DNA from: a virus
IMG/VR virus record: IMGVR_UViG_3300034108_000503
Coordinates: 1 to 64,000 of that record
Reading direction: 5' to 3' (one strand)
DNA: 64,000 nucleotides
In this document: positions 36,471 to 45,548 of the stretch, in pieces
How positions within the stretch are numbered: position 1 is the stretch's first letter
How the letters are laid out: each line of letters starts with the position of its first letter
Notes under the pieces: model-generated
Database searches by the model: none
The model's input: the letters and a program-made list of their open reading frames with translations, nothing else
Told to the model about the DNA's origin: nothing
Position numbers and translations under genes: made by a program

Positions 36471-36692
36471 TCAGGCATTCTGATTCTCAACACGGAAGAT
36501 CCGCAGTCTGTACTGCGATCCGGTTTCCGGGTCAGGCGACTCCAGATGACAGATGGATGCCGCCAGTCTGGCGCTGTACCGGGAGACCACTTCCTCCCCG
36601 GTGACAGGAATCCTTGGGACCAGGAATGCTTTCGCAAACCTCTCGGCATCGGAGCGCGATGCAATTCTGGATGACAGATCCTTGCCGTTCAT
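36471..36692 (-). CDS. Hypothetical protein
   Basis: ATGA overlap in the early-gene operon. Confidence 0.5.
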   Translation of the reverse strand: MNGKDLSSRIASRSDAERFAKAFLVPRIPVTGEEVVSRYSARLAASICHLESPDPETGSQYRLRIFRVENQNA

Positions 36693-36853
36693 GATTCCTC
36701 CTTCCGGCTCATGTGGATCACCATCTCATCCTCCCGGAGATGCTGCTCTTGGACGATCACCATGGCGTGATCAATCGTGATCCCGCGCACCTCAACCGTG
36801 CGATTCAGTCCCGATGCAAGGATCGGGCCGATGACTGCAATGAACGTGAGCAT
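36689..36853 (-). CDS. Hypothetical protein
   Basis: Start at MLTFIA, with operon packing. Confidence 0.5.
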   Translation of the reverse strand: MLTFIAVIGPILASGLNRTVEVRGITIDHAMVIVQEQHLREDEMVIHMSRKEES

Positions 36854-36855
36854 GA

Positions 36856-37089
36856 TCAGCGGGCGGTTGAGTGAAGTTGCAGGACCGTGACGTGATACGA
36901 TGGTTCGCCCTCGCCGTCGAAGATGATCTCGTTCACCTGCCAGGAGCATCCTTTGTTCTCCGGTTTCTCGCGATGCATCTCCCAGACGCTGTGAGCGTAT
37001 GCGACGGCGGAATCCAGATTGTGGAATCCGTGGAGTCCTGCGATAAAACTGGTTTTATTACAGAGATCTACATGATATCGATGTTTCAT
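36856..37089 (-). CDS. Hypothetical protein
   Basis: A/C-rich leader, downstream of a hairpin. Confidence 0.6.
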   Translation of the reverse strand: MKHRYHVDLCNKTSFIAGLHGFHNLDSAVAYAHSVWEMHREKPENKGCSWQVNEIIFDGEGEPSYHVTVLQLHSTAR

Positions 37090-37199
37090 ATTTGTGCGAT
37101 GCGTTTGCGGTTTGATTTAGCGGGTGCCTCTCTGGCACTCCCTGCTGCCCCCGTGCGGCGTCTGAGCCACTCCAGAGGCAGTGTGGGAGGGTCATTTGG

Positions 37200-37712
37200 T
37201 CACCCCCGCCCAGAAAGCCCGCTAAGGGCATCCTGGACGGTTTCGTAGCTTCCCAGTACCTCGGACAACGGGAACTGGGTGGCGAGCGGGTCGAAGGCGT
37301 ACACAAGCACGACTGGCTCAACCGTCTTCGTGGTTGGTGCCAGCAGATAGATGGTGCCGTCCTCCCTCGACCGGACTGTCCGGTACGACGTGATGTTGAT
37401 TCCGACCAACTGCATGAAGTCTCGATGGAACTGCACCGGGCGGAACGGACGTGCGATGCGTTTGACGGTCGCAGCAGAGGGTGGCGCGATCCTGCCCCAG
37501 TCCGGCCCGCCATGCGCCTCGACCAGTCTCTGGATCTCCCCATCCGCCATCGGCCCGCAGGAGGTAGCAAGTACCTCCCACGGACCAGTGGATCCCGCTG
37601 GGATTGCACCATCGTAATCCCCAGCCCAGACCCGGATCCAGGTGCCATCCCGCATGATGATGCGTGGCGGTTTCGCCGGGTAAAACTCCCGCAGGAATCG
37701 GTGGAGGTTCAT
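37200..37712 (-). CDS. Hypothetical early protein
   Basis: ATGA overlap with the upstream gene; start at MNLHRF. Confidence 0.55.
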   Translation of the reverse strand: MNLHRFLREFYPAKPPRIIMRDGTWIRVWAGDYDGAIPAGSTGPWEVLATSCGPMADGEIQRLVEAHGGPDWGRIAPPSAATVKRIARPFRPVQFHRDFMQLVGINITSYRTVRSREDGTIYLLAPTTKTVEPVVLVYAFDPLATQFPLSEVLGSYETVQDALSGLSGRG

Positions 37713-37963
37713 ACTTGGACTTGCGTGATGCTGATCACCTTCGGGCATGAGATGATGAATTCACTGTTCTCACGATCCAGACCGTCCATTATTGCCTGCA
37801 CGGCTTTCATTACGCGGGCCTCGTCAACCACCTCTCCATCCGCGTATGTAATCGCATACCTTTGCGTGATGCCGTAGTTGGGAATTCCCAGATCGGCGGC
37901 TGCGATGAGTTTTGAGATGCCACGAAACCCGACTAGCCACTCGACGATTGCAATAGTTTTCAT
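37709..37963 (-). CDS. Hypothetical early protein
   Basis: ATGA overlaps on both sides. Confidence 0.6.
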   Translation of the reverse strand: MKTIAIVEWLVGFRGISKLIAAADLGIPNYGITQRYAITYADGEVVDEARVMKAVQAIMDGLDRENSEFIISCPKVISITQVQV

Positions 37964-38205
37964 TCTGCGATTTTGTAGAGTCCCATGATGACCAATTCCG
38001 GGATGCCGTAAACCTTATGCGCGTCGCAGGAATCGCAACGGTATCTTCTGGCGTTTGGCTCAACGTTGTCGCCGGACATCTCCCCGCAGGCTAAACAGAA
38101 TCCTTCGCCGGATGAGTCTGTCATGTAGCCAGCCATTTCATCATCGGTCAGAACTGGCATGTATTGCTCTGCGCCGCCTCTGGATTTGTATTTTTGCGTT
38201 CTCAT
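37960..38205 (-). CDS. Zn-ribbon early protein
   Basis: GFCLACG...VEPNARRYRCDSC...VYG pattern. Confidence 0.75.
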   Translation of the reverse strand: MRTQKYKSRGGAEQYMPVLTDDEMAGYMTDSSGEGFCLACGEMSGDNVEPNARRYRCDSCDAHKVYGIPELVIMGLYKIAE

Positions 38206-38229
38206 GTTTTGAGTTTTTGGTTTTGAGGT

Positions 38230-38424
38230 TCAGGATCCCGTCCCGGTTTGGTGAATGCAGTGCGGTGATACGCCAGATGACGACTTCCAGACTTCGCAGT
38301 AGACGCCTGGCTTCTTTAGCCGATTGGCTATGAAGATTGCGAGGCGTTTATTTTTCAGGTCAACGCCGTATTGCCTGCGCTTCCCCGTGTGGATGTCGTG
38401 GATTATGATGGTGTACAGGTTCAT
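38230..38424 (-). CDS. Hypothetical early protein
   Basis: A/C-rich leader; start at MNLYTI. Confidence 0.5.
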   Translation of the reverse strand: MNLYTIIIHDIHTGKRRQYGVDLKNKRLAIFIANRLKKPGVYCEVWKSSSGVSPHCIHQTGTGS

Positions 38425-38450
38425 TTGATTGCGATTCGGTTTGGGTTGAG

Positions 38451-38714
38451 TTACTTGCCTTCGACCCACCACTGAACGCACTCCCCGAGTTCCGGTGCGC
38501 CGTTCCAGAACTCCAGATTACTGCCGTCGCCGTCCTCCCATGTCGGGTCAATGTAGAGACCGAACGAGTCCGGAGAGCCTGCCACGCGGCAGCGCTCTAC
38601 GATGCACGCAGAGGTGCTGTCGGCATCGTGGGTGGCGTAGCTGTACTCGACCATCTGCCCTTGGCATTCGGGCGGGGTGACAAATTTGAGACTGGAGGTA
38701 TCGATGGATGTCAT
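38451..38714 (-). CDS. Hypothetical early protein
   Basis: Acidic ORF; the start could extend to 38756. Confidence 0.55.
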   Translation of the reverse strand: MTSIDTSSLKFVTPPECQGQMVEYSYATHDADSTSACIVERCRVAGSPDSFGLYIDPTWEDGDGSNLEFWNGAPELGECVQWWVEGK

Positions 38715-38758
38715 GGTTTGCGGGGGGTTGGGGTTGCTGGTGAGGTAGTGGCGCATGG

Positions 38759-38959
38759 TTAGCGGGAGTAAATAACTGTTTGCACCATACAGACGCTGAC
38801 GGACGGGTCTGCGTCGTATTCCGCGCAGCCGCGCTCAAACATGCGCTGGATTCCACGCTCCGACAGGCGTCGCGAGCGAGTCAGTGACCGTGTAAATTGG
38901 ACGTGTGCGCCGTATGCGTCCGAGTAGCGGGAACAGGTGATGGTGTGCAGGATTTTCAT
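38759..38959 (-). CDS. Hypothetical early protein
   Basis: Follows a conserved hairpin and leader. Confidence 0.55.
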   Translation of the reverse strand: MKILHTITCSRYSDAYGAHVQFTRSLTRSRRLSERGIQRMFERGCAEYDADPSVSVCMVQTVIYSR

Positions 38960-39043
38960 ATTGCGATTCAGTTTGAGTTTATTGCGGAGTCGTCATGACT
39001 CCCCGCTGCCCATCCGGCGATTGACCAGATGGGCAGACGGGAA

Positions 39044-39409
39044 TCATGGGATCGAGTAGATGATTGGATTGTGCTCCTGATATGCTTCTGCGGTTTCCTG
39101 CGCCTCCTCGGCAGTGTCGCATGGTTCGTACTTGTAGCGAATCTCCGGATCCTCAGCCTCCCAGTCAGTCCATTCGACGGCCCATAGGAGGCGGGTCTGG
39201 TTGCGATCCGATACCGCGACGGTGACCCATTCCTGATCCCCATCCCCCTCATCGACTGCTTCCAGGATGACATCCGTGTAATACTTGAAATCCTCCAGTC
39301 TCGCAGTCTGGACTGCCATAACGTACTCCATGTATGCCTCGCCACGACGAGGGCCGAAATATGCTTCGGTGTCCCCGCTTAGGGATTTTAGTGCAACTCT
39401 GTAGATCAT
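39044..39409 (-). CDS. Acidic hypothetical early protein
   Basis: D/E-rich 121 aa with operon packing. Confidence 0.6.
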   Translation of the reverse strand: MIYRVALKSLSGDTEAYFGPRRGEAYMEYVMAVQTARLEDFKYYTDVILEAVDEGDGDQEWVTVAVSDRNQTRLLWAVEWTDWEAEDPEIRYKYEPCDTAEEAQETAEAYQEHNPIIYSIP

Positions 39410-39412
39410 GGC

Positions 39413-39802
39413 TCAGGCTTCAAAATTGGAGATGCTGGTGATAACACAGGTGACATCGCTCTCGGGAACCTCGGTATTCTCGCCATCGGCGAATACCTCG
39501 ACAGCTTTGGCGACCCATTCGCAGTGGCGGAAATCGGGATGATCCCGGTTCTGGCGAGCGTCGAACTGCATGCGGGCGATGCATTCCTCGCGAGACTCGT
39601 AGGTTCCGAGTTCGATGATGTTTGCGTGCTGGTGCAGTTCCAGGGAATAGATAATCCCGGTGGCAGGCACCTGTTCGACGGTGTACTCGGTTTCCGCGCA
39701 GATGGCGGAAACGATCTCCTCATGTGAGGAGCATGGAGTCTGCTCCCCGTCTGGGTGCGTGAGCAGAAAGAGGCTGGCTTTCGGAAGGACGAATTGTTTC
39801 AT
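39413..39802 (-). CDS. Acidic hypothetical early protein
   Basis: Start at MKQFVL after an A/C-rich leader. Confidence 0.6.
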   Translation of the reverse strand: MKQFVLPKASLFLLTHPDGEQTPCSSHEEIVSAICAETEYTVEQVPATGIIYSLELHQHANIIELGTYESREECIARMQFDARQNRDHPDFRHCEWVAKAVEVFADGENTEVPESDVTCVITSISNFEA

Positions 39803-39836
39803 TGGTTTGTGTTTGGTTTGGGGTTTGGGGATTTGA

Positions 39837-40067
39837 TCAGCATGCGAGGCAGTTCCGGGGAATAGAGAGACCCATGCGGAGGGCGTGAAACACGTCACCA
39901 GAGTGACGAATCGGGATACTGATTGGACCAACCTCGCCGTTGCGGGGATACTCAACCACTCCGGTTGAGTGCCGATCATTGGGATATGTGGTGAGAGCGA
40001 CTCCGCTCGGGAACGTGTGCGTGACTTGCCCCCGTTCATCGGTGGTGGTAATGATTGAGTCTTCCAT
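39837..40067 (-). CDS. Hypothetical early protein
   Basis: Long A/C-rich leader before the ATG. Confidence 0.6.
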   Translation of the reverse strand: MEDSIITTTDERGQVTHTFPSGVALTTYPNDRHSTGVVEYPRNGEVGPISIPIRHSGDVFHALRMGLSIPRNCLAC

Positions 40068-40401
40068 GTTTTGAGTTTGGTTTGTGTTTGGTTTGCCCTG
40101 TGGCGTGTGAAGTAAACGCGATACCGTTCCACACGTCTACGTTTTTTTATGTACGCAAACACGGATGCCATGCGATGCCATGCAGTTGCGGCGATGCCAT
40201 GCAGTTAAGTACCGGCACCGGCTCCATGCCGGCTCTCCCCGGTGGTGCCTCCCCTGCCCCCCCTCCCCGGCGGGGTCTGCCTCTGCCTCTGCCCTCTCAC
40301 GCTCCACGCTCCACGCTCCACGCCTCCCCGGCATCTATGCATTGCCACGCTTCCCGCGCCTCCCTCCCGATGCTGCCGCTTCTCCCCGGCACGCTGGCAC
40401 G

Positions 40402-40432
40402 AAAAAGGGGAGAGGCTCGCGCCCCTCCCCTT
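40402..40432 (-). terminator. Rho-independent terminator
   Basis: The minus strand reads AAGGGGAGGGGC-gcga-GCCTCTCCCCTTTTT, just after the gp88-like gene. Confidence 0.75.
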
Positions 40433-40452
40433 CCGCATCGCTGGCGCTTGTG

Positions 40453-41211
40453 TCAGACTCTGATCACAAACCCGCTTTTATCCGCTTTCGCTTTTCCTTT
40501 TGTCAGCAACCCGAACACCGTGCCGCCTGGTCGCAGAAACGTCAGGTCTTCCTTGTCGCCATCGATGACCGGACAACCCGCCCAACGCTCCGGGAGGCGC
40601 GGAGCAAAAACCGCAGCGACGCATCCCCCTGATTGCAGGAATGAACGGGAGAGCCTGTCACTCTCGGGCGTCTCAGAGCGTGACCAGGTCAGATGGTAAT
40701 TCGCCGGAAAATCCCCGATGAGAAAACGGCTCATCCGGCCTTTTACTTTTGTGTAGTCGTAAAACTGAACGCCCTTAAACCGTTCCGGCAGCGTCTCACC
40801 GTTTGCCGTTTTGATTGATTCCCAGGATTGATCGCTTGTCAGATTCAAGCGGATGGCGGGGCGGAGGCGGTGACGGTCTGCGAGCCTAAGAAACGCCTCT
40901 AGTTCCCTCACCAGTTGATCCATGAATTGCGCTCTGTCTCGAAGGAAATAGAGCGTTCTGGCAAGGCGTGCTATTTGCACCTGAGGAAACGCACCATGCC
41001 CGGCAGTGACCAAGCAGACTTCCCGGCAACCCTCAGACGACCCAGGGCAGACGTTTTTCCCTGACAGGCTAGCCGGGGAAAAATGAATTCCAGTGGTAAT
41101 CCATCCGACAGCATGCCCCTTTTCTAGTTTTGGGTTGTTCGCAGTGAGTATGGCGCGGAGTTGCGCCTTATAGGCAGCGTAAGCGGCTTCGATTTCTTGA
41201 GAGAATTTCAT
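40453..41211 (-). CDS. Gene product 88 (GP88) family, radical-SAM-like Cys motif
   Basis: NVCPGSSEGCREVC, RLNLTSD..W, FYDYTK, NYHLTWS and VIDGDKEDLTF. Confidence 0.8.
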   Translation of the reverse strand: MKFSQEIEAAYAAYKAQLRAILTANNPKLEKGHAVGWITTGIHFSPASLSGKNVCPGSSEGCREVCLVTAGHGAFPQVQIARLARTLYFLRDRAQFMDQLVRELEAFLRLADRHRLRPAIRLNLTSDQSWESIKTANGETLPERFKGVQFYDYTKVKGRMSRFLIGDFPANYHLTWSRSETPESDRLSRSFLQSGGCVAAVFAPRLPERWAGCPVIDGDKEDLTFLRPGGTVFGLLTKGKAKADKSGFVIRV

Positions 41212-41310
41212 TTCTTGAGTAGGTGGGGATTTAGTAGGGGCGCGAGAGTGCGAGCATGAAGCAAATCACGACAAGCACAAGGAGGAGGGAGATCAGGAAG
41301 TCGGGGATTC

Positions 41311-41739
41311 TCATGCCCGCACCTCCTTGAATCCTTCAAGGGTTGCGATATCAGCCCGGACGCGTTCCAGGCAAACGGCGACGGAACCGTTCCCGCGCCC
41401 TTCTTCGATCTCCTTTTCCAGGCTTGCAGCCGACTCCCTCAATTCCTCAATTGAGGAAGCAAGGGCCGAGCGGACGCAATGCGGGAGAGGATCCCGGACT
41501 AGGTAGGAATTGCCAGTGGCGTTTCTTCCGTCTTCCGGAAGCCTGACTTCCTCGAGGGTGCAGCCGGGGAAGTACTCGGCGAGGAATTGAGCGGCGGCGG
41601 AATCATGGGCGCGCCCCGCGTAGTCGTAGGAATAGACGCGGCGGATAATCCCGCGACCGGGGACAAATCCCCGAACGGAGATCCGGGAGCCTTTGCAGTC
41701 GGTTGGGCCGTGGTATTTGGTGACCAATATCGTTTTCAT
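41311..41739 (-). CDS. Hypothetical early protein (TKY.GPT..KGSRI family)
   Basis: Recognisable N-terminal motif. Confidence 0.7.
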   Translation of the reverse strand: MKTILVTKYHGPTDCKGSRISVRGFVPGRGIIRRVYSYDYAGRAHDSAAAQFLAEYFPGCTLEEVRLPEDGRNATGNSYLVRDPLPHCVRSALASSIEELRESAASLEKEIEEGRGNGSVAVCLERVRADIATLEGFKEVRA

Positions 41740-41825
41740 ATTTTCGGTTTTTCGGTTTGGGTTTAGGAGCGGCACCGCTCCCCGCTCCCCACTCCGAAGA
41801 ATGGAGAGACGGGAACGGGGGTGGC

Positions 41826-42092
41826 TTAGAGGGTGGTGAAATACGGATCAATTTCTCCCCGGCGGATCAATTCCTCCCGAAGCAAATCCCGAGCGCCAGA
41901 TTTAGCGGCTGCATACTCGGGGAAGGTCGGTCCGCCTACTTCATCGTACTCTTCCCACAGTCTTTCAGATGGGAGCGCCAGCATGGCCGCCAGCCTTTCC
42001 CGGCTGCCGTACCAGTCGACTGCTTGGGAGAGAATCACGCCAGCCTGGCCGACTGTTGCAAGGAGAAGGGGATTTGTTTTTTTGGTTTTCAT
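41826..42092 (-). CDS. Hypothetical early protein
   Basis: Start at MKTKKT after a (CCAA)n leader. Confidence 0.55.
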   Translation of the reverse strand: MKTKKTNPLLLATVGQAGVILSQAVDWYGSRERLAAMLALPSERLWEEYDEVGGPTFPEYAAAKSGARDLLREELIRRGEIDPYFTTL

Positions 42093-42291
42093 GGTTGGTT
42101 GGTTGGTTTTTTGGGTGATTACTTGGAGGAAATGCAGAATGAGAACCGGAGTTTCCCGCAGCGGATGAACCAGATTCCTCCCACGCGCCGCCATGAGAGC
42201 GACCGGAGAAGAAACCAGCACGGAATCCCGGAGAGGAATGCACCTGCTGACATACAGCAGGCGAGGGAGAGGAGGTCGGGGGCGTTCATGG

Positions 42292-42630
42292 TTAATCCTC
42301 ATAGCCTTCAAATGCTGAAAAGCAGGATTGAAAGTATGCCAGCGATTCCGGCTCGAAGCAATTCTCTCTCACGGAGTCGTCCGCGTTGCACTCCGCATTG
42401 CATGCGGCGTGGAAATCCCGCAGCCGATCAGGCTGATCCCATCCCTCCCCGGTAGCGGAATCGTAAACCTCCCGCCACCGTTTCCGCGTCCGGTCGAAGA
42501 TATCCCCGAGAATGCTGATTTTCTCCAGATCAGTCTCCTGATCAGGATCAAACCCATAAGGGTATGCCTTCCGGCTGGCGGCATAGAATTCGTCTGAGCG
42601 AATCCACCGTTCTGCTTGTCTTTTAGTCAT
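42292..42630 (-). CDS. Hypothetical early protein (first gene after the promoter block)
   Basis: Start at MTKRQA. Confidence 0.55.
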   Translation of the reverse strand: MTKRQAERWIRSDEFYAASRKAYPYGFDPDQETDLEKISILGDIFDRTRKRWREVYDSATGEGWDQPDRLRDFHAACNAECNADDSVRENCFEPESLAYFQSCFSAFEGYED

Positions 42631-42684
42631 TTGCTTGTCGTGAGTAGGTTTTACGGTTCCGCGCATCATGCGCTTCCCCGGTGC

Positions 42685-42821
42685 AAGGTATCGGTGAAAG
42701 TCTGATTTATGTCAAGCCTACGCAATCACGTAGAACAGTGTAATGCGTTGTATTTCAACGGTTGAGAGATGTTCTTTTTCTTTCTAGTACAAGTAATATA
42801 CGCGAATGCGGGTTTTGTCAA
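42685..42821 (-). promoter_or_regulatory. Tandem sigma70-like leftward promoters plus operator
   Basis: Two TTGACA hexamers on the minus strand (42710-42715 and 42816-42821); the latter has TATTAC at 17-nt spacing. Operator TACGCAATCACGTA at 42719-42732. Confidence 0.55.
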
Positions 42822-42829
42822 TGGCAAAG

Positions 42830-43750
42830 GTAAATCAGTCGCAACCCGTTGAAACAGAAGAGCCTGACAAAGAGTGAAACCGCGAAATGGCACGGAAAAG
42901 CGGAGGCGAGAAAATGAACCGATGGACGGCAGAACCCGCAGAACCGTGATTCACTGAGTCCACTCACTGATTCCACTCAATTCCCGCGCAATTGACGGAC
43001 AGGAGGAAACCCCGGAACCCCAGCCCGAAGCGGCAACCTGAGCAACCCGGAGCGGACACGGTGCCGGAAGCAGAGAAGCGGAAGGACAGAAGCGGAAGCG
43101 GACAGAAGAACGGATGGAAACGCTTCCCCGGAATGACGCTGGCGAGGTTCTGAAACCATCCCGCCCAGCTACCCTCCTATGGTCTCGCCTCCCCCGGCCC
43201 AGCATCGCGCTCCTGGTCTGCATCAGATCGATTCCCCAGCCCTCGCCATGACAGTCCCGCGCCGCATCGGCTGATCATTCCCCGGCATGATCAAGAGCCG
43301 GAAACGGAAAGATTACGGGGTGGATTTTGCATGACGGTTATTAAATCAAGTTATGACCTCACCGGAAAAGCCCGATTTCCCCCAGTGCGAGCGGCAGCGG
43401 ATCGGGATTCTGACGGGCAGGCAAGCCCCGCAGATGACAGGCCTAGACGCTGGCAAGGAGGGGGTGGGAGAGAGTGCAGGCCCGCGCAGAGGTGGGGAGG
43501 GACCACCAGGGGTGGGGGAGGGGAGGGGCGCTGCGCCGTGATCATTTATATATACCCCCCTCTTCAAAAAATTCTCATCACTGGATCTCTGGTGTTACTA
43601 CAGTCCATTTGAAAAAATTCCTCCTTCGCTGACACCCTCCTTTTGGTCCCTCTCTTTGGACTCCTTTTTGTTTTGATCCCTGTGACAGTGGGAAGAGCCA
43701 CGGGAGTTGTTGATTCTCCGGTGGCTCTTTGGGGTGGTGGTTGGTGTGGG
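42830..43750. other. Non-coding block, probable genome terminus/packaging region
   Basis: No credible ORF. Contains short repeats, G-runs and the ATTTATATATACCCCCC...CAAAAAATT signature. Confidence 0.55.
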
Positions 43751-43757
43751 TGTCTTC

Positions 43758-44285
43758 TTACGCCTGCGGTGGTTCTCCTGTACCTCCGTGATTGGATTCG
43801 GCTACTGGTTTCGGTGGTTGCGGCTGATGTGCTGCTGTGGTGATTGCGTGGAGGGCGTCTGAGAGGTTGAGGATGGCGAGGGTGTCTTCCTGTTTTGGGA
43901 TGGTGAGTTCCTCACTGGATGCCGTGTAGAACTCCTTGTCTGCGATGTTCCTGATGAGATTGAGCTTTGCGAGGAGTGCGCCGATGATGGTGGTGACTTC
44001 TGTCTGTGGGAGTTCGATGAAGCTGTCAAAGCCTGCTTCGATTCTCTGAGTGACGGTGAAGAATCCGAGGATGGACTCTGTGATTTCTGTGGTTCGTGCT
44101 GTGTTTCTGGAGATTGTCTGTTCCAGGAACTGGATATGTGGATCCTGGCTATCGATTGACTTGCGGATCCTGATTTCGTTTTGGGTTTGCTGGCTGTCGT
44201 AGTCCTTCTGGTTTCTGAGGTCCAGGAGGGTATCTGTGATTGTTTTTGCCTGTGCTGCTGTGAATTGGATGGTGTATGTATTCAT
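43758..44285 (-). CDS. Hypothetical protein
   Basis: Last gene of the 54.7-kb leftward operon. Confidence 0.6.
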   Translation of the reverse strand: MNTYTIQFTAAQAKTITDTLLDLRNQKDYDSQQTQNEIRIRKSIDSQDPHIQFLEQTISRNTARTTEITESILGFFTVTQRIEAGFDSFIELPQTEVTTIIGALLAKLNLIRNIADKEFYTASSEELTIPKQEDTLAILNLSDALHAITTAAHQPQPPKPVAESNHGGTGEPPQA

Positions 44286-44291
44286 GGTGAT

Positions 44292-44537
44292 TTACTCTTG
44301 GTCCTTCTTGAGTTCGACTGCTGCTTCGTTGATGATCTTGAGCAGGTCTTTGTCTTCACGGTTGAAGATCCTCCTGAAGATGTCCCAGTCATCGGATTCG
44401 ATGTAGTGCTTTCCGAAGAAGTTGTACGCTTCCTCTGCGATTGGCCCTGAGAATTCGTATTCTACTTCTGCCCAGAGGACGTTGTTCCTCAGCCAGAATC
44501 TGACTTCCTTTCCGTCGATGATCTTTGTGATGTGCAT
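44292..44537 (-). CDS. Hypothetical protein
   Basis: Operon packing. Confidence 0.6.
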   Translation of the reverse strand: MHITKIIDGKEVRFWLRNNVLWAEVEYEFSGPIAEEAYNFFGKHYIESDDWDIFRRIFNREDKDLLKIINEAAVELKKDQE

Positions 44538-44542
44538 ACTGG

Positions 44543-44983
44543 TTACTCCCATGCGCCGCTGATCTGTTCTGGGGTGATCTTTGGGAAGTCCGTTGTGAGC
44601 CTGAAGAAGATGAGGTCCGAGAGGGATCCGATTTCGTCTTGGATTGCTTTTATGGAGTTTGCTCCTGCGGTGTGTGAGTTTCCTACATAGAAGCAGAACT
44701 TGTCCTTGTGCTGGATGTACCAGTACGGGGCTTTCGTTTCGCTTCTTGGTTCTGTGTCGAAGTGGAGGACTCGGACCGTGCGGTCTTCCGGGGTTTGGTT
44801 TGCTGCCAGTTGCTGGACTGAGCCTTTTGGTGAGACCCTTCTTGGGATATCCAGGATGAAGAGGTACAGCTTTGTGAATGCCTCACGGATTGGGATCACC
44901 TCTTCCCTGCCCTGGAAGTCTCTGGCGATGATGTTGTTGTCCTCCTTGGTGGCGGTGAGCCATGGGTGGTGTTGGGTGTTCAT
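44543..44983 (-). CDS. Hypothetical protein
   Basis: Start at MNTQHH. Confidence 0.6.
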   Translation of the reverse strand: MNTQHHPWLTATKEDNNIIARDFQGREEVIPIREAFTKLYLFILDIPRRVSPKGSVQQLAANQTPEDRTVRVLHFDTEPRSETKAPYWYIQHKDKFCFYVGNSHTAGANSIKAIQDEIGSLSDLIFFRLTTDFPKITPEQISGAWE

Positions 44984-44991
44984 GATTTGAG

Positions 44992-45372
44992 TTATGAGAA
45001 GATTTGGTTGAATGCGTGGCGGGTGAGATCCTTGAATGTTCCGTAAAAGATGGTGAGTTTTCCGTCTTCGGTTGTGACCCATGGGCCGATTTTTGATTTG
45101 GCTGTGGCTCTGACTTGGGATCCTTTCTGGACTTCCTTGATCCACTGTAGTGGTGTGTGTTCAGATTCATCTGGGATCAGGGGGTGGAGCTTGTCTGCGA
45201 GTCTTTCGACCATATCGTCGATGAGCGAATCCCTGTGCTTTGAATATGCTACTTCGGCAGGGTCGAACCTGACCTCGACCCCGCTTCTCTGGATTCTGAT
45301 CCCGAAAACCCGAGACGGTTCGCACAAATCAGCCCAGGTGTAGAATGTGATTTCTAGTGGTTGCTGGGTCAT
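44992..45372 (-). CDS. Hypothetical protein
   Basis: ATGA overlap. Confidence 0.55.
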   Translation of the reverse strand: MTQQPLEITFYTWADLCEPSRVFGIRIQRSGVEVRFDPAEVAYSKHRDSLIDDMVERLADKLHPLIPDESEHTPLQWIKEVQKGSQVRATAKSKIGPWVTTEDGKLTIFYGTFKDLTRHAFNQIFS

Positions 45373-45548
45373 GATATGATCTGCGGATGTACCTTCGGGA
45401 CGAGTGCTTCCCGGATGTGTTGGTTATTTGAGATGAAGTCTTCGATGTCGTTGAGGGCGTCTTTGACGTGTTCGATTGAGCGTTCAGCCTCTTCGATGGA
45501 TTCCTTGGCCTTACTGATGAGCCTGAGGATGTATGGGATATCGTTCAT
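45369..45548 (-). CDS. Small coiled-coil protein (59 aa, below the ORF-track cut-off)
   Basis: MNDIPYILRLISKAKESIEEAERSIEHVKDAL..., with ATGA overlaps on both sides. Confidence 0.6.
   Translation of the reverse strand: MNDIPYILRLISKAKESIEEAERSIEHVKDALNDIEDFISNNQHIREALVPKVHPQIIS

Noticed and set aside
42951-43843. ORF-track predictions in the terminal non-coding block
   Set aside because: Low-complexity G/R/P-rich translations of repeats, with no leaders or operon packing.
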